Positions 11,349 through 23,500 of a DNA stretch of 64,000 nt are shown piece by piece. How positions within the stretch are numbered: position 1 is the stretch's first letter; every line of letters begins with the position of its first letter. This DNA comes from Emiliania huxleyi CCMP1516 (lineage: Eukaryota). The notes below the pieces were generated by a model, which made no database searches, had not been told where the DNA came from, and saw only the letters and a list, made by a program, of their open reading frames with translations. Both the position numbers and the translations under genes were made by a program. The stretch covers positions 148,198 to 212,197 of the forward strand of contig NW_005201249.1 in the NCBI RefSeq assembly GCF_000372725.1, written 5' to 3'.

Positions 11349-12329
11349 TCATGAGCCTGGGGAAGACGAATTCAGTCGCGATGAGATACTCACGGAAGGC
11401 GGTCTAGTGTTATAGGTCAAGGTGCACGGGAGGCCTCGGAGAGCGTTGGCCGCGGCCTCGACCATTGCTTCCGCCTGGGCGTTGTTTGCGGGGAGTGGGC
11501 ACACCAGGTCAGGGAGGCGCAAACGCGCCAAACACGAGTCCCACGAGGGCTGCCCATCGAAGAACGCGCGAACGCCCTCGACGGCGTCCTCCAGAGCACA
11601 CTGCCCTTTGGCCGCCAGCTCGAACTCGCGGAGGGAGGTGGTGCTCGGCGGGGGCGTGAAGAGCGCGAGCCACGCGAGTGGAGCGAGCTTGACCTCGCAA
11701 CGCAACGCGCGTAGCTTGCGCGCGGCCAGCGGCGGCAGCGCTTCGGGGGGCTGCTCGGCGCACGCGTGGAATTTGAGGGTCCGCAGCTCTGGGCTGCACA
11801 GCAGCGCGATCAGTGCCCGCACGCTCAAGTCGGCTCCGAGGTGCACGTCCCGCACGTTTCCGGCTTGTGCAATGGCGAGCGCGACCGCCTCCGTGATCTG
11901 GCTCCCGCGGAAGGGGCCATACGTGAGCTCCAGCCGCCGCAGAGCGGACGCGTGCTTCAAGCTCAATAGCCGGCCGTCGATGTCGACCCAGAGGCGACTG
12001 CCTGCAGTCACCAGCCGGAGCCGAAGCTCCTCGAGCCGGCTCGTGCACTGTGGATGCAGCATCGCCGCCAGCTGGGCCGAGGTGGGTCTCGGGTCTCTGG
12101 ACGCCACGAGGACGACGCGCCGCCACTGGGCGTGCGCTGCGGAGGCTCGCCAGTCGTGGCTGACCGCTGCTGCTCGGAAAGCGTCCTGCGGTCCGAGCCA
12201 GCCAAGGATGAGGGTCAGGTAATCGACCGGCTTGTCAGCCAACGCTAACCCCTGAAAGTCAGGCAGTTGTGGCGACGGCGAAGGTGGCGGTGGTGACACA
12301 GGTAGCGGTTTTCGCAAAATGATCCTCAT
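11349..12329 (-). CDS. F-box / LRR-like protein
   Basis: PVDYLTLILGWLGPQDAFRAAAVSHDWRA followed by LxxLxL repeats (LEELRLRL, LRRLEL, LRTLKF, LREFEL). Confidence 0.75.
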   Translation of the reverse strand: MRIILRKPLPVSPPPPSPSPQLPDFQGLALADKPVDYLTLILGWLGPQDAFRAAAVSHDWRASAAHAQWRRVVLVASRDPRPTSAQLAAMLHPQCTSRLEELRLRLVTAGSRLWVDIDGRLLSLKHASALRRLELTYGPFRGSQITEAVALAIAQAGNVRDVHLGADLSVRALIALLCSPELRTLKFHACAEQPPEALPPLAARKLRALRCEVKLAPLAWLALFTPPPSTTSLREFELAAKGQCALEDAVEGVRAFFDGQPSWDSCLARLRLPDLVCPLPANNAQAEAMVEAAANALRGLPCTLTYNTRPPSVSISSRLNSSSPGS

Positions 12330-12538
12330 GTCGACGGGCGATTAGGAGGCGCGCATTGGGCAGGAGGGACGGACGCCGCGGCGCTTCTTTTTGTTTGCTC
12401 CGGTGGCTGGTCGAACCTGTCTGCTGTGAGAGAGAGTTCATAATTCGTCTTGCCCTCACTCTTTTACATACATGAACTTGTGCCAGTGCGCCGGTTCGCT
12501 TTCGATCTCAGTTTCGGCGCAAGAGGTGGAAGGGACGG

Positions 12539-14155
12539 TCACTGGTTTGGGGGGTGCTTCCAGACACTTGGCACGTACTTCGATTCGTTGAAGGCGGGGC
12601 CCTGAGTCTTGTTCTGGTAGGCGCCCTTGTAGAGCATCCAGAGCAGAAACTTCTGCTGGTGGCTCTGTGAGCGGTCAATGCTGTTGCAAAGCACGCATGG
12701 AGGGAAGCACGTGAACCAGCGCAGCCGGCGCGCCCCCTTCGTCACATACGTGCGGCCCATTTCGTGGAAGTCGAACTCGCAGTCATCGTACGGGGGCCCG
12801 CCGTTTCCGGTGCAGCCTGCGCATGGCCCGCCGCCCGCAGTTGCCTTGCCGGAGGCGGACAACTTCGCTTTGAACCCGCTCAGCACGAGCGCCTTGGAGA
12901 TGTAGCCGTCGCCGAGCTTGGAATTGAAGGGCCAGCATCCGACCAAGTTGAACTTGTAAGGCCAGCAGCAGAGGTTGCACGCGAGGCAGACGGGCCCTCC
13001 AGCGGGGAGCAGCAGCGGGGCCGCCGACAGAGGCGAATCATTCTCGACCCAGCGCTGCGCGGCGATCTTGCCGCCAACGTCCGGGAAGGCAGTGGTCACC
13101 GTATGCTCGCACGGCCAGATCAGCTTGTCATGCGGGTGCGATCCCTCGGACCCCTCCACAATCCACTTGGCCGTCTCTGGCGTGAAGGCCATGATGGACT
13201 CGTAAGTAATGACCCGCACCTTGGCGTTGTACTTGAGAGCGATGTGCACCGCCGCGAGCTGCGCCTGCCCGCCCCCAAGGCTGTGCCCCACGATCGTGAT
13301 CTCCTTTGGGCGGCCGACGTTGGGCGAGTCGGTCCCCGCAAGTACGAAGCCTGCCTGCATGAGCGCCTGACAGGAGGATAGCGGATAGGGCAGGAGGCTG
13401 GTGAGGAGGCAGAAGCAGAGCCAGAGGCAGCTATAACGTGTGCCTCCGTCACCCCCGTCATAGTTTCGCCGCACGTGACTCCCTCAAACATGGCGTTGTG
13501 CGCCTATACAGACGTGAAAAGTGGCTCAGCAAATGCGATTGTGGGTGCTGGAGCCGGCGCTATTCACCTCGAGCATCCACTTGTATGTACACACCTTGGG
13601 ACCCACATACCCAGGGGGGTAGAAGTCAGCCGGCACCTCCACCGGCCTCCAATCAAAGTCCTCGCCGGCTTCGAAACTCGGTTTCGGAATGTTCTCGGTG
13701 CCGGAAAATGCGAGAATGTAGGAGTCCCTCGGAGCGAACTCGACGTGGCTCCACTCGTTCTTCATCGTCCAGTCCGCCGAACCAACCGCAGTCAGGTAGT
13801 AGCGGCCCTGGAGTCTCAGCGTATTAGCGGCGTTGCCACTGCCTTTGAAAAACGAGCCCATCGCAAGGTACCCGCCACCAGGTAGGTGGCCCGGCTGCAT
13901 GTCCTGCTGCAGCTTCGTGATCGTATCGGTGAAGGAGACCGTGTTGTACTCCTTCTCCACCTTTTTCATCTCAAAGTCTGCGCAGTCTTCGGAGCTGTCT
14001 GGCACCGAGTAGGCAATCTGCGCTTGCAGCATCCAGAACGGCGCCTGCTCGCGGAGGACCGCGTAGGCGTCCGGGCATCCAGCATCCAGCTTGGTGTGCT
14101 CCGCCCGTTGGGCCGCGACGTACTGCTTGGTCGGAGGCGGGCACGTCGGGCGCAT
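12539..14155 (-). CDS. Class-3 lipase family protein (two or more exons)
   Basis: YILAFSGTE in the upstream ORF. ITIVGHSLGGGQAQLAA nucleophile motif followed by VRVITYES. The two ORFs are adjacent on the same strand. Confidence 0.78.
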
Positions 14156-14347
14156 GGCGGCTCGGTGATTGTGCGGACCAGCCGACGGCGGGCGCGCGGA
14201 CCAACTTGTAATCCTGCTACTTAGAATTCTTTTGCAGCGACAAGGACTCACAAACGCTATAGGCGGACCAGGACAGCGGCGATGGGCGATGAATGTCAGG
14301 TTGGAAATTTCTGTTTTTCACATTCTTTTTTCAACCTGTGTTAGTGC

Positions 14348-14601
14348 CAGTGCGCGCCAGTCCCGTGCCTAGTGTCGTGCGAGGGAGTTTGGTTATAAAA
14401 TTCTTTTTTCAAGTGCGCGCCAGCCGTGAGCGTCTTGTATCCCAGCCTCAGAAAAGAATTCTAGCATAAGCCCCTCTCACAGCAGACTGGCTCGGACTGG
14501 CGCTACAAATTGCACAGCAGGCGACGGCCCCTTACGGGAAAAGAAAGAATTTTACAACGAAACTCCCTCGCACAACACTGGGCACGGGCTGGCGCGCACT
14601 G
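14348..14601. mobile_element. MITE-like element with imperfect inverted repeats of about 58 bp
   Basis: 14348-14407 (CAGTGCGCGCCAGTCCCGTGCCTAGTGTCGTGCGAGGGAGTTTGGTTATAAAATTCTTT) is the near reverse complement of 14544-14601. The interior is non-coding. Confidence 0.65.
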
Positions 14602-14641
14602 AGAAAGAAACCAGGGCTTTGGGAGGGGAGGACGGCACGCC

Positions 14642-15600
14642 GAGAGAGAGATTTTTAGCAATACCAAACAACTCTAACACTCACACGTCATTTGGGGCCT
14701 GGAGCCCTGTTCACGCGCGCGCGAGACGTGCAGACAGGGTTGCCAGGTGAGAGCGAATGGCGCGGTTCACGCCTCGCACAACAGAGAGAGAGATGCGCTC
14801 TGCATGGTGGGACATAAAAGAAAGCGAGTACTTGGGCGAGTAGGCCGTGCGGTCGACGCTGCCGCGCGCGACTTTGCGCGCGAGGCGGCGCAGCTTGAGA
14901 ACGGCGGTGGGCGAGAAGCCGCCGCCGAACGTCTCGTGGAGCAGCAGGTTGAAGTTGTTGCGCTTGACAAAGATCGCGTCGTGGTAGAAACCGCGATGCG
15001 CCTTGACGTAGCCGTGGCCGTTCTTGTGGTCGAAGGGTTGGCCGGGCTGCCCGCGCGCCTTGCAGCCCATGTTTAGGCGGCGGGCCTTCTCTTCGGTGTT
15101 GCCGAAGGCGTAGGAGTGGCCAACGGAGGCGGGCGTGCCGCCGCTCGAGGCGTTGCCAACGCCCGCCGAGGAGGTCTTGAGGAGGGGCGTCCAGAGCTTG
15201 ACTTCATTCACCTCATCGCATCCTCCCGGGCCAGCGTGGGGTTCCGCGAGGTCGACCTTGTACCCCTCGTTGTACTGCCGGGTGAGCTCTGGTTTCTCCT
15301 TGTCACCGTGCACGACCGGCGCGTTGGCCGGGGCGCGCATCGCGTCCGCCCAGGCGGCGAGGACGCCGTCGTGGGGCCGCCGGTGGTGGGCCTTGTTGTA
15401 AAGGTAGTCGCCGAAGAAATCGACTGGCATGCCCCGCTCGAGCGCGACCCGAAGGGTGGGAAGCGCCACGGAGAGCCAAAGGCCGAGCTTCCGCTGGAGC
15501 TCGTCCTGGAGGGCGTCGGAGGAGAGGGCGGTGGCGTACGTGCCGTCGACACGGACATCGAGGGCTTTGCCGGCGTTTTTGTTGCACGCCGCCACCACAC
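14642..15600 (-). mobile_element. 5'-truncated CRE-like non-LTR retrotransposon (RLE domain, short 3' UTR, (TC)n tail)
   Basis: The 295-aa ORF has LQRKLGL, DFFGDY...RPHDGV, VDL...EVK, LLHETFGGGFSP and ERISLSVVRGVN, which resemble the C-terminus of RLE-encoding elements. It ends TATTGCTAAAAATCTCTCTCTC. A near-identical second copy lies at 32885-33217. Confidence 0.75.
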
Positions 15601-16932
15601 AGGGATTTCACGGGAAGGAAGGTGTGTTGCTATCCGTCGCCCACCCTTGGGCGTCCGCCTCTTCCTATCTCTCTTACCAGTCCCTCGCCGATTAAGGAAG
15701 CACCGCTTACGCCTCAATTCGAGAGGGGGATAGAGGTCATCGTCTCACCGACGTTCCCCGAAGCCATGGACGTCCCGACCTTGCCAGACATCAGCCGCAT
15801 TCTCTCAATGAGCGCAATAACTCTACCTGCGCCAGGCTCACCTCGCCTTCCACAGCTCAGTTTGCGCCTCGAGCGTGAGCTCGTAGCACTCGGACGATGG
15901 AGGCTCGCGGCAGAGGACATGCCGTGGACCTGGCGAGAGCGCTCGCTGGCGAGAAGGTCCACCGAGTCGGAAGGACGAGCTCTTTCATCCGCATCGACTG
16001 AGGCTGAATCGCCGCCCATTATGCTCCTGCACAGTGACTACAGCGATTGGAAGCCGAGGCGAAGGGCGGCGGGCCGCTGGGAGTCTGTGGAGCTTGAGCC
16101 TAAACCCCCTCTTGCGAGTCAGGCTCTGCCGGCTGTCCGGTGGGACATTCAGCGGCCGCCTCGCCGCTTCCGTTGGGACTTTGAGACGGGCGAGATGGTG
16201 GAGGAAACCAAGGCAGCATCGTCCTCACCAGGGCGGAACCGAGGCATGAAGGTGACAGCACCGAAAGCGCCAGAGCGAGCTGTGCGATTCACTGGACGGC
16301 CGAAGAGGCCTGTGCCACCCTTGAGGCAACGCGCAAAGAGCCCTAAGTGAGGCACCCCGGCTATTTGTTTGGGAGATACGATCTATGATACGTGAGCCGG
16401 GGCGGGCGTTGCCGCCGCGGCGCGCCGCGCCCCGGTGCACACAGAGCGAGAGGCCGCTCGCGATAGACTGAGAGCCCGCACCTCTGTCCGCTCTGACTGT
16501 CGCGGTTGCTGTCTCTCCCTTCTCAAATTGTGCTTGTGCGTCTTTTGGGCCCGGGGTTGTTGCGTGAAGCGCCCACACAGACGATAGAGTCGTGCCCCCC
16601 CAAAAGATAAAGAAAATCGAAGCCGCTCCGAGTAGGGAGTACGGAGAGCGGCGGGGCGTTTTCGTTGTGTTGTGGGTCCGCGTCGTTTTCACGTGAGACC
16701 AGTTTTCGTGCCCCCGTCCTGTACCCAAAAAAGGAATTCACCGAGCGCAACACTGACTGACGCGGTCTCTGAGTCTGGCCCGACGCCGCTCTCGCGGTTT
16801 GTGTGGTACGAGACCGGAGCGCGCGGGGGCTGCCCGACGAGAAACGCTCTCCCTCCTCCCTCGTGTCCTCCTCCTCCCTCTCTCTGCGATTCGGCCCCGT
16901 TGACTGTCTCTCTCTGACGTCTCTGTCTCTCT

Positions 16933-18633
16933 CTAGCACGAGTACGGCGTGCGCTCCTCCTCGGTCGCTGGCCGCCGCCTGTCGCCTGCCTGGCGCAGCA
17001 TGCGCTCCTCGGCCTCGTTCGCAAGCTGCACCCTCTCGCCGGCCTTGCGCAGCAGCTTGCGGTTGTACTGGACGGTGTCGGCGTTGAAGTAGGTGTAGAA
17101 GGCGACCAGGAGGAGCACGGTGAGGAAGCAGGGCGAGAGGAGGCGCGGCTCGGACCCGAATCCGCGCGCGACGTACGGGGCGAGCAGCGGGGGGAAGCCC
17201 AAGTACCCTAGCCGCAGCGAAGCGGCGGCGATCGGGGCCCACCAGACGATGCGGCACGCGTAGATGGCCGCGAGGACGGCGGCCTGGAAGCGGTAGAGGA
17301 AGCGAGGCCACGCCTGCGCCGGCGTCTGGTGCAGCACGATGGCCGCGAGGATGAAGACACCGGAGAGGTGTGCGGACGCCGCCACATGCAGCATGAAGGT
17401 CTTGGAGAGGAGCGGGCCCGCCATGAGGCCTACTCCGCGCACCCCGTGGACGCAATGAGCAGACGGAGTCTGGAGAGGTGGTGCGGCACCGGGCGCGAGA
17501 GCGCCGACGAGCTCGAAGCAGATGGCAAAGAGGTGGTGCGGCACCTAGAGCACGTACAGCCAGGTGGCGCCGCTCCTCTCCCACGCATGGCGGGTAGCGG
17601 AGCAGATGCGGCGCCAGCACCGCGTCCACCGACGGGTGGTGGCGCGTGAGCGTGTGGTCGACGCCCGTGGCTCGCCGCCAGAGCAAGGCGAGGATGTCAT
17701 ATGCCTGTAGGGGAGATACGGGGAGATATGGGGAGATATGCCGCCAGAGCAGGGCGAGGATGTCATGTACGCCTCCACGCCCATGTCTGCGTACAGCGCG
17801 AAGTAGAAGAAGGACGCGTCGCCGCTCGAAAAGTAGAGCAGCGGGAGCAGCAGTCCCTCGACGGTGTGGTGGAGCGCAAAGATGACCTGTCCATTCCCGA
17901 CGGGGCGCAGGTGCGCCGACGTCTCGCCGTAAAAGTCCCACGCGTTCATGAATGGCGCGCGGTACGGGAAGGAGAGGCCCTTCTCCTTGAGCGCGTAGTG
18001 CCGGTAGCACCAGTCGTTGTGCTTGCGGTCGAAGAGCTCGGCCATGTACGAGACCGCCTCACGAGCGGCCGCCTCGCGCCGAGCTGCATCAGACGCCGGC
18101 AGCGCGACGCCACGGAAGGCGAGGAACTTGGCGAGCTGCTCCTCGCTCGCCTCGGGCACCGGCACGTCGAACGGCGTGCTATTGCCAGGCGGGTCGGGCC
18201 AAGGCAGCACCGAAGGAAGGCTGCACTTGCTCGCGTCAAAGTGGGCGAAGAGCATGCACGCGATTCGGTCGGCGATTCTCATGGCCACATTGGTCACGAC
18301 GCCGGCCACGGCCACCGAGAGCAGGAATCGCAGGACCGAGAAGTCACCGATCACCACGTCCGGCACCCCGCCGAGGGTGACCTCAGACGCAGACACTCGG
18401 AACACTGTCCGCATGCACTCTGCGTTTACGCACCAGTCGTGGTCGCCAGCCGCAGCAGACTCGGCGGTAGGCCAGAGGCCGAGCGCGGCGACGGCGTGAT
18501 CGAGGCTGCTGATGACGTCGGAGAGGGTCGGAGGCGGAGCGGCGACGAGGGTCGAGAGGAGTGCGGCGGCGGCGGCGATGGCGGCGGCTGGACGACCGGA
18601 CCCTTGGGCAAGTCGAAAACGAGCAGCGGACAT
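16933..18633 (-). CDS. Multi-pass membrane protein, possibly TLC (TRAM/LAG1/CLN8)-like; multi-exon
   Basis: Hydrophobic leader and several TM segments; His pairs IFALHHTVEG and VPHHLFAICFE; coding-like codon usage. The family call is weak. Confidence 0.55.
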
Positions 18634-19099
18634 GGTGTGGTCGTGAGGGATCCCGTGAGGCTGAATCCGCGCGGTTTGATTCGATGCGTCGCACCGAAGC
18701 GGGTTCTCCCGCACCCCTCCCAATCGCTTCGGTGCTAGCCCGCACTTGCTATCCAGGACAACCGATGGCCATATGTGTGAGACATGGTCTGTACTCGCCA
18801 GTGTCCGGCGATTGCACCGATCATACAACAAACTCTCTCTCTCTCTCCCGATCATCGCAGATAAAATGTGGCGCGAGTTCGCAACAGAGTTTCAAACATA
18901 TCGCCGCCATTCAGGCTCAAGGGCCACCCAAAACTTGCGCGTGGCCGCTCCCGTTCTCCTTATCGCAATAATTCACGCAAGATTGGCGGCCCCCGGCCCG
19001 CCTTGGAGCCCTAACAAACAAACACGGGGAACCTCCCTCTCCGTCAGAGTTCGCTCCCACTGAGGCCTCCGCTTTTTATTTCCCTTGGAGCCCTAACCC

Positions 19100-19963
19100 T
19101 TGCCTGTCATGGTCGCCCTCATGGACCTCGAAGCTGACCTGCTTGCGCACATCGCCCGCCGCGGCGGCGCGTCGGTGCTGTGCGCCATGGCACAGACGAG
19201 CAAACAGCTTCGTGCACCGATCATCGCAGCCGGCGACGAAATGTGGCGGGAGTTCGCGTTGGCGAGGTTCCCTTGCCTCAAGAGCTTGCTGGAGCTCGTG
19301 CCAACGTCACTATCTTTCAAGTCGATCTACCGCAAACAACTTGCGGGAGTTGCGCCGCCGCCGCCGCCCAGCTTCCCAGACCTTTCTGAGTACGTCTTCT
19401 CCGTCGAGCTCGCAGTGCCCGCCCTTGGCTGGAGCGCAGCGTGGAGCGCGCCTCTCACCAGCTGGACTTATCCCAACCCCGCCTACACGGGCTGGGACCG
19501 GATCTGTAACCCTCAGCCCTGGACCGACGCAACGCGGCCGGCTTGGCTGACGGAGGAAGTGGTTTATCGGGGGACAACTTTTCCTCGGTCCGTCTTGTGC
19601 TCGATGACGCTCTCCATCTTCGCGACGCGGCGCCGAGACTTGAGCTCCTTCCGCATGTTCCATTTTACCGGGTTTCAACCAGAAGGCATTCGCGAGATAG
19701 AGGACGGTACCGTCTGCTATGAAGAAGAGGCACTGCCAGAGAAGGAGGGTCTCATAGTAAACTATTACGACTTTCACGGATATGGTCACCAAGAGCAGGT
19801 CTTTCCCTACTGTCACATCCAGCCGTCTTTCCACACTGCGACTGGCCACGTCGATGTCGGGTTTGCACTCGGTGAGATGCAGGGGCCGATCGATGTCGAG
19901 ATCGCTTTGAAGTACTTCGCGATCGGCGCCCCATGGCCCGAGGTGCCTGAGCCTGTTGACTGA
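19100..19963 (+). CDS. F-box domain protein
   Basis: LMDLEADLLAHIARRGGASVLCAMAQTSKQLRAPIIAAGDEMWREFALARFP at the N-terminus of a 287-aa intronless ORF. Confidence 0.75.
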   Translation: MPVMVALMDLEADLLAHIARRGGASVLCAMAQTSKQLRAPIIAAGDEMWREFALARFPCLKSLLELVPTSLSFKSIYRKQLAGVAPPPPPSFPDLSEYVFSVELAVPALGWSAAWSAPLTSWTYPNPAYTGWDRICNPQPWTDATRPAWLTEEVVYRGTTFPRSVLCSMTLSIFATRRRDLSSFRMFHFTGFQPEGIREIEDGTVCYEEEALPEKEGLIVNYYDFHGYGHQEQVFPYCHIQPSFHTATGHVDVGFALGEMQGPIDVEIALKYFAIGAPWPEVPEPVD

Positions 19964-20547
19964 GTGCCGGTGCTCACACATTCACGCGTTCATCGCGCGA
20001 TTGCTTCCTTCTGCGCGCGAACGCTACGCCGCACCAGACGCATATACTCTCTCCGTCTGACGTGTTGTGGGGTGCCCCGCGGCCGCCTTGGCCCATGTGT
20101 GGCCCACGCACCTGCGGACCTGGACCTGCGCCGTGCGCGCGCAGGGGTGTGCGGTGCCCTCCTTCTGAGCTCTGACCTCTGTCGCACATTTTTTGGGATC
20201 ACAATTCTCGAATAAATAGACTCAGCGGCGCGCATGCCGCCCCACGGTCACGGCCCGGTGGGCAGTGGCTAACCTGCTCCCCTCTGACATCATGCACAGA
20301 GCCCCCCCAGGCCCCAGAGAGCACATCATCTTCCAGGGTCCGACCGCAAGCGGTGTGCCGGTTGGGCAGCACAGCACACCGACCTTGCGTCTTCAGCGGC
20401 TGCCGAACGCAGCCACTCACGCGCGGCTCGCTCGCCCCCGCTGCGAGGCTGGCGAGCGAGGCCCTCCCCCCGGCAGCGCCTCAAGCCTCGCGCCTCCGGC
20501 GGCGTCGGCAGCGGGAATGGCGGTACGGTGGACGGCAGGGCTTGCCC

Positions 20548-23500
20548 TCATAGCAGAAAGGAGACCCGCCGCGGGCTCTCGTTGGGCGGCGAGCTGTCGG
20601 GTCGCGCCGCCTGCTCACGCGCTGGAGGTGTGAATAGACGCGGCTCGGAGCCGAGCGGCCAATCCGGCCGCGCCGACCGCGCCTTTGTCTCTCCGCCTCC
20701 GTGCGCCGCGCCGGCCGCCGCCGCCGCGCCTGCGCCGCTGCTCGCGCCGTTCGCGGAGATGCAGTTGATGGCGCTCTCGGAGACGGCCCCGCCGGCAGCA
20801 CCGCGGTCGGTCGGCCGCGCGGCGTCGGCGGGCGGACCAATGGTCGAGGAGGGGCGGACAAGCGCGCGCGAGGAGGCGAGGAGGCTGCGGCCGAGCACCT
20901 CTTGCGCGGGGGGCGAGCCGGCGGGCAGCGCACCGCCGAGCCGCCGGGCGCACGAGGGGGGGGGGAGTTTCCCCCCCCGAGCGGGGGGGCGGGGGGCGGG
21001 GGGGAGGGCGGCGGGCGGCTCTGCCGTCGCCATCGCCGTGAAGCCCGCCAGCGTCCTCCGCACGTCCGCCTCTGCGGATAGGTACAGCGAGTTGTTGAGG
21101 GAGCTGCCGGCGGCAGGGCCGTCAGGCGCGACGCCGCTCGGCGCTGCGCCTTCGGGCCAGGGCCCGAGCAGGCTGGGGAGGGAGGAGGAGGCAGGCTCGG
21201 TGGCCGCGCCGGCCCCACTCGCATCCTCGCCGCCGCCCGCGCCGTCTGCGCCGCCGGGGCCGCGCCTGCCCCTGGCCGGCGAGGAGCGGTGGGAGAGGGA
21301 GCTGGCGGCGAGGGACGACATCGAGCTGCGGTTGGAGCGGCTCGGCAGCAGCTCGGAGGTCGCTAGCCTCTGGTAGACGGGCGGGCAAGGCCTCCCCGAC
21401 GGGACGAACGCCTGCCCGAGCGAGTCGTCCACCTCCAGCCCCTCGGCCACGCCCGGCCGGCGCAAGTTGACTTGGATCTCAAAGCCCTGCGCACGGGACG
21501 GGACGCGGACGCGTCGTGGACGTGTCGTGGACGTGTCGTGGACGCGTCGTGGACGCGTCGTGGACGTGTCGTGGACATGTCGTGGACATGTCGTGGGCGT
21601 GTCGTGGACGTGTCGTGGGCGTGTCGCGGGCGTGTCGCGGGCGTGCCATGGACGTGTCGTGGGCGTGTCGTGGGCGGGTCGTGCAAGTGCCTCCGGCGAG
21701 GTTGGCGCACCTCCATCAGCCGCTGCACCGTCTTTGTGTGCTGCCGCACGGACGGGATGCGCGACGAGACGCTCGGGGGCCGTGCCGTGTCGTGCAAGGA
21801 CTCGAAGCCGCCGTGCTCGAGGCCGCCGTCCTCGCCGTCGCCGCCCGCCTCCTCCTCGGCCTCGGTCGGCTTCCCGCTGCGGTCGAGGGAGAGGCCCGCC
21901 GTTAGGCTGTTCCAGCCCGCCAGCGCCTCTGCGAGCTCGACGGCGGAGCGCGGCCGGCCTGCGGCGGAAAGGCGGCAGGGGCGGCGCAGTCGGCGCAGGT
22001 GGCGGTGTGTGTGTGTGTGTGTGGGTGGGGGGGGTGTTCCCCGCCTCTGTGAGTGTACCCGCCTCTGTCTCTCGCCCCCCGTGTCTCGCTCTCTGTGGCG
22101 GGTCGTGGAGCCGATGGATCTCGGCCCGATCTCGGCCCGATCTCGGCCCGATCTCGGCCCGATCGGGGTGGCCGCACCGCTGCTTGCCGACTCGAGGTGC
22201 TCTGCGATGAGCCGCTTCATCGCCTCGCGCGGCATCACGTCCACACCAAGCTCCTGCAGCTCGCAGTGGCAAGGCGGGTCAGCCACGGCGCTTCCTCGCG
22301 GGGCGAGGAGTGCGCGGGGCGGAGGCGTGGCCACCTCGGCGCGCTTGCGCAACTGCGCAATCTCCGCCTCCCTCGCCCCCAGCTCCGCCTGGGGGGGGGG
22401 GTCGGGCGGGAGGCAGGGCCGAGATCGAGCCGAGATCGTGCTTCGGCCCCCCGTGGTGCTGCAGCGTGTGCGCCTGAGGCACGGGCTGCGAGACGCCTCC
22501 CAGATCTCCCCAGATCTCCCCAGATCTCCCCAGATCTCCCCAGATCTCCCCAGATCTCGCCTGAGGCACGGGCTGCGAGACGCCCCCCAGATCTCCCCAG
22601 ATCTCCCCAGATCTCCCCAGATCTCCCCAGATCTCCCCAGATCTCGCCTGAGGCACGGGCTGCGAGACGCCCCCCAGATCTCCCCAGATCTCCCCAGATC
22701 TCCCCATATCTCCCCAGATCTCGCCCTAGGCACGGGCTGCAAGACCCCCCCCACGCCGAGCGAGTCCAGCAGGGCCCTTTCCCGCTTGAAGGGGCGCGCC
22801 TGCTCCCACGCCCAAGCTGGAAAGACACACGCCGCTCCCCAGCCCCTCGAGGGGGGGGCCCTCTCGGAGGGGAAGGGGGGGGCCAAAGGGGGTGGTGCCC
22901 AANNNNNNNNNNNNNNNNNNNNNNNNNNNNNNNNNNNNNNNNNNNNNNNNNNNNNNNNNNNNNNNNNNNNNNNNNNNNNNNNNNNNNNNNNNNNNNNNNN
23001 NNNNNNNNNNNNNNNNNNNNNNNNNNNNNNNNNNNNNNNNNNNNNNNNNNNNNNNNNNNNNNNNNNNNNNNNNNNNNNNNNNNNNNNNNNNNNNNNNNNN
23101 NNNNNNNNNNNNNNNNNNNNNNNNNNNNNNNNNNNNNNNNNNNNNNNNNNNNNNNNNNNNNNNNNNNNNNNNNNNNNNNNNNNNNNNNNNNNNNNNNNNN
23201 NNNNNNNNNNNNNNNNNNNNNNNNNNNNNNNNNNNNNNNNNNNNNNNNNNNAGGAGAGGAGAGGAGAGGAGAGGAGAGGAGAGGAGAGGAGAGGAGGAGG
23301 AGAGGAGGAGAGGAGGAGAGGAGGGGAGAGGAGGAGAGGAGAGGAGGGGAGGAGAGGAGAGGAGAGGAGGAAGGGAGGGGAGGAAGGGAGGGGAGGAGAG
23401 GCTTCCTTGTCGTCGCCGCCGCCGCGCGCTGTCGCGCCAGCCACGGGCGCGCCCTTCCCAGGGGCAAAGTCCTCCGAGAAGAAGCTCCAGGTGAAGTAGA

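Noticed and set aside
12539..14155. EDS1-like immune lipase partnering the TIR receptor
   Set aside because: Only a generic class-3 lipase motif is visible, with no EP domain.
15622..16350. 242-aa plus-strand ORF as a gene
   Set aside because: No recognisable domain and a non-ATG start; cannot be supported beyond its length.
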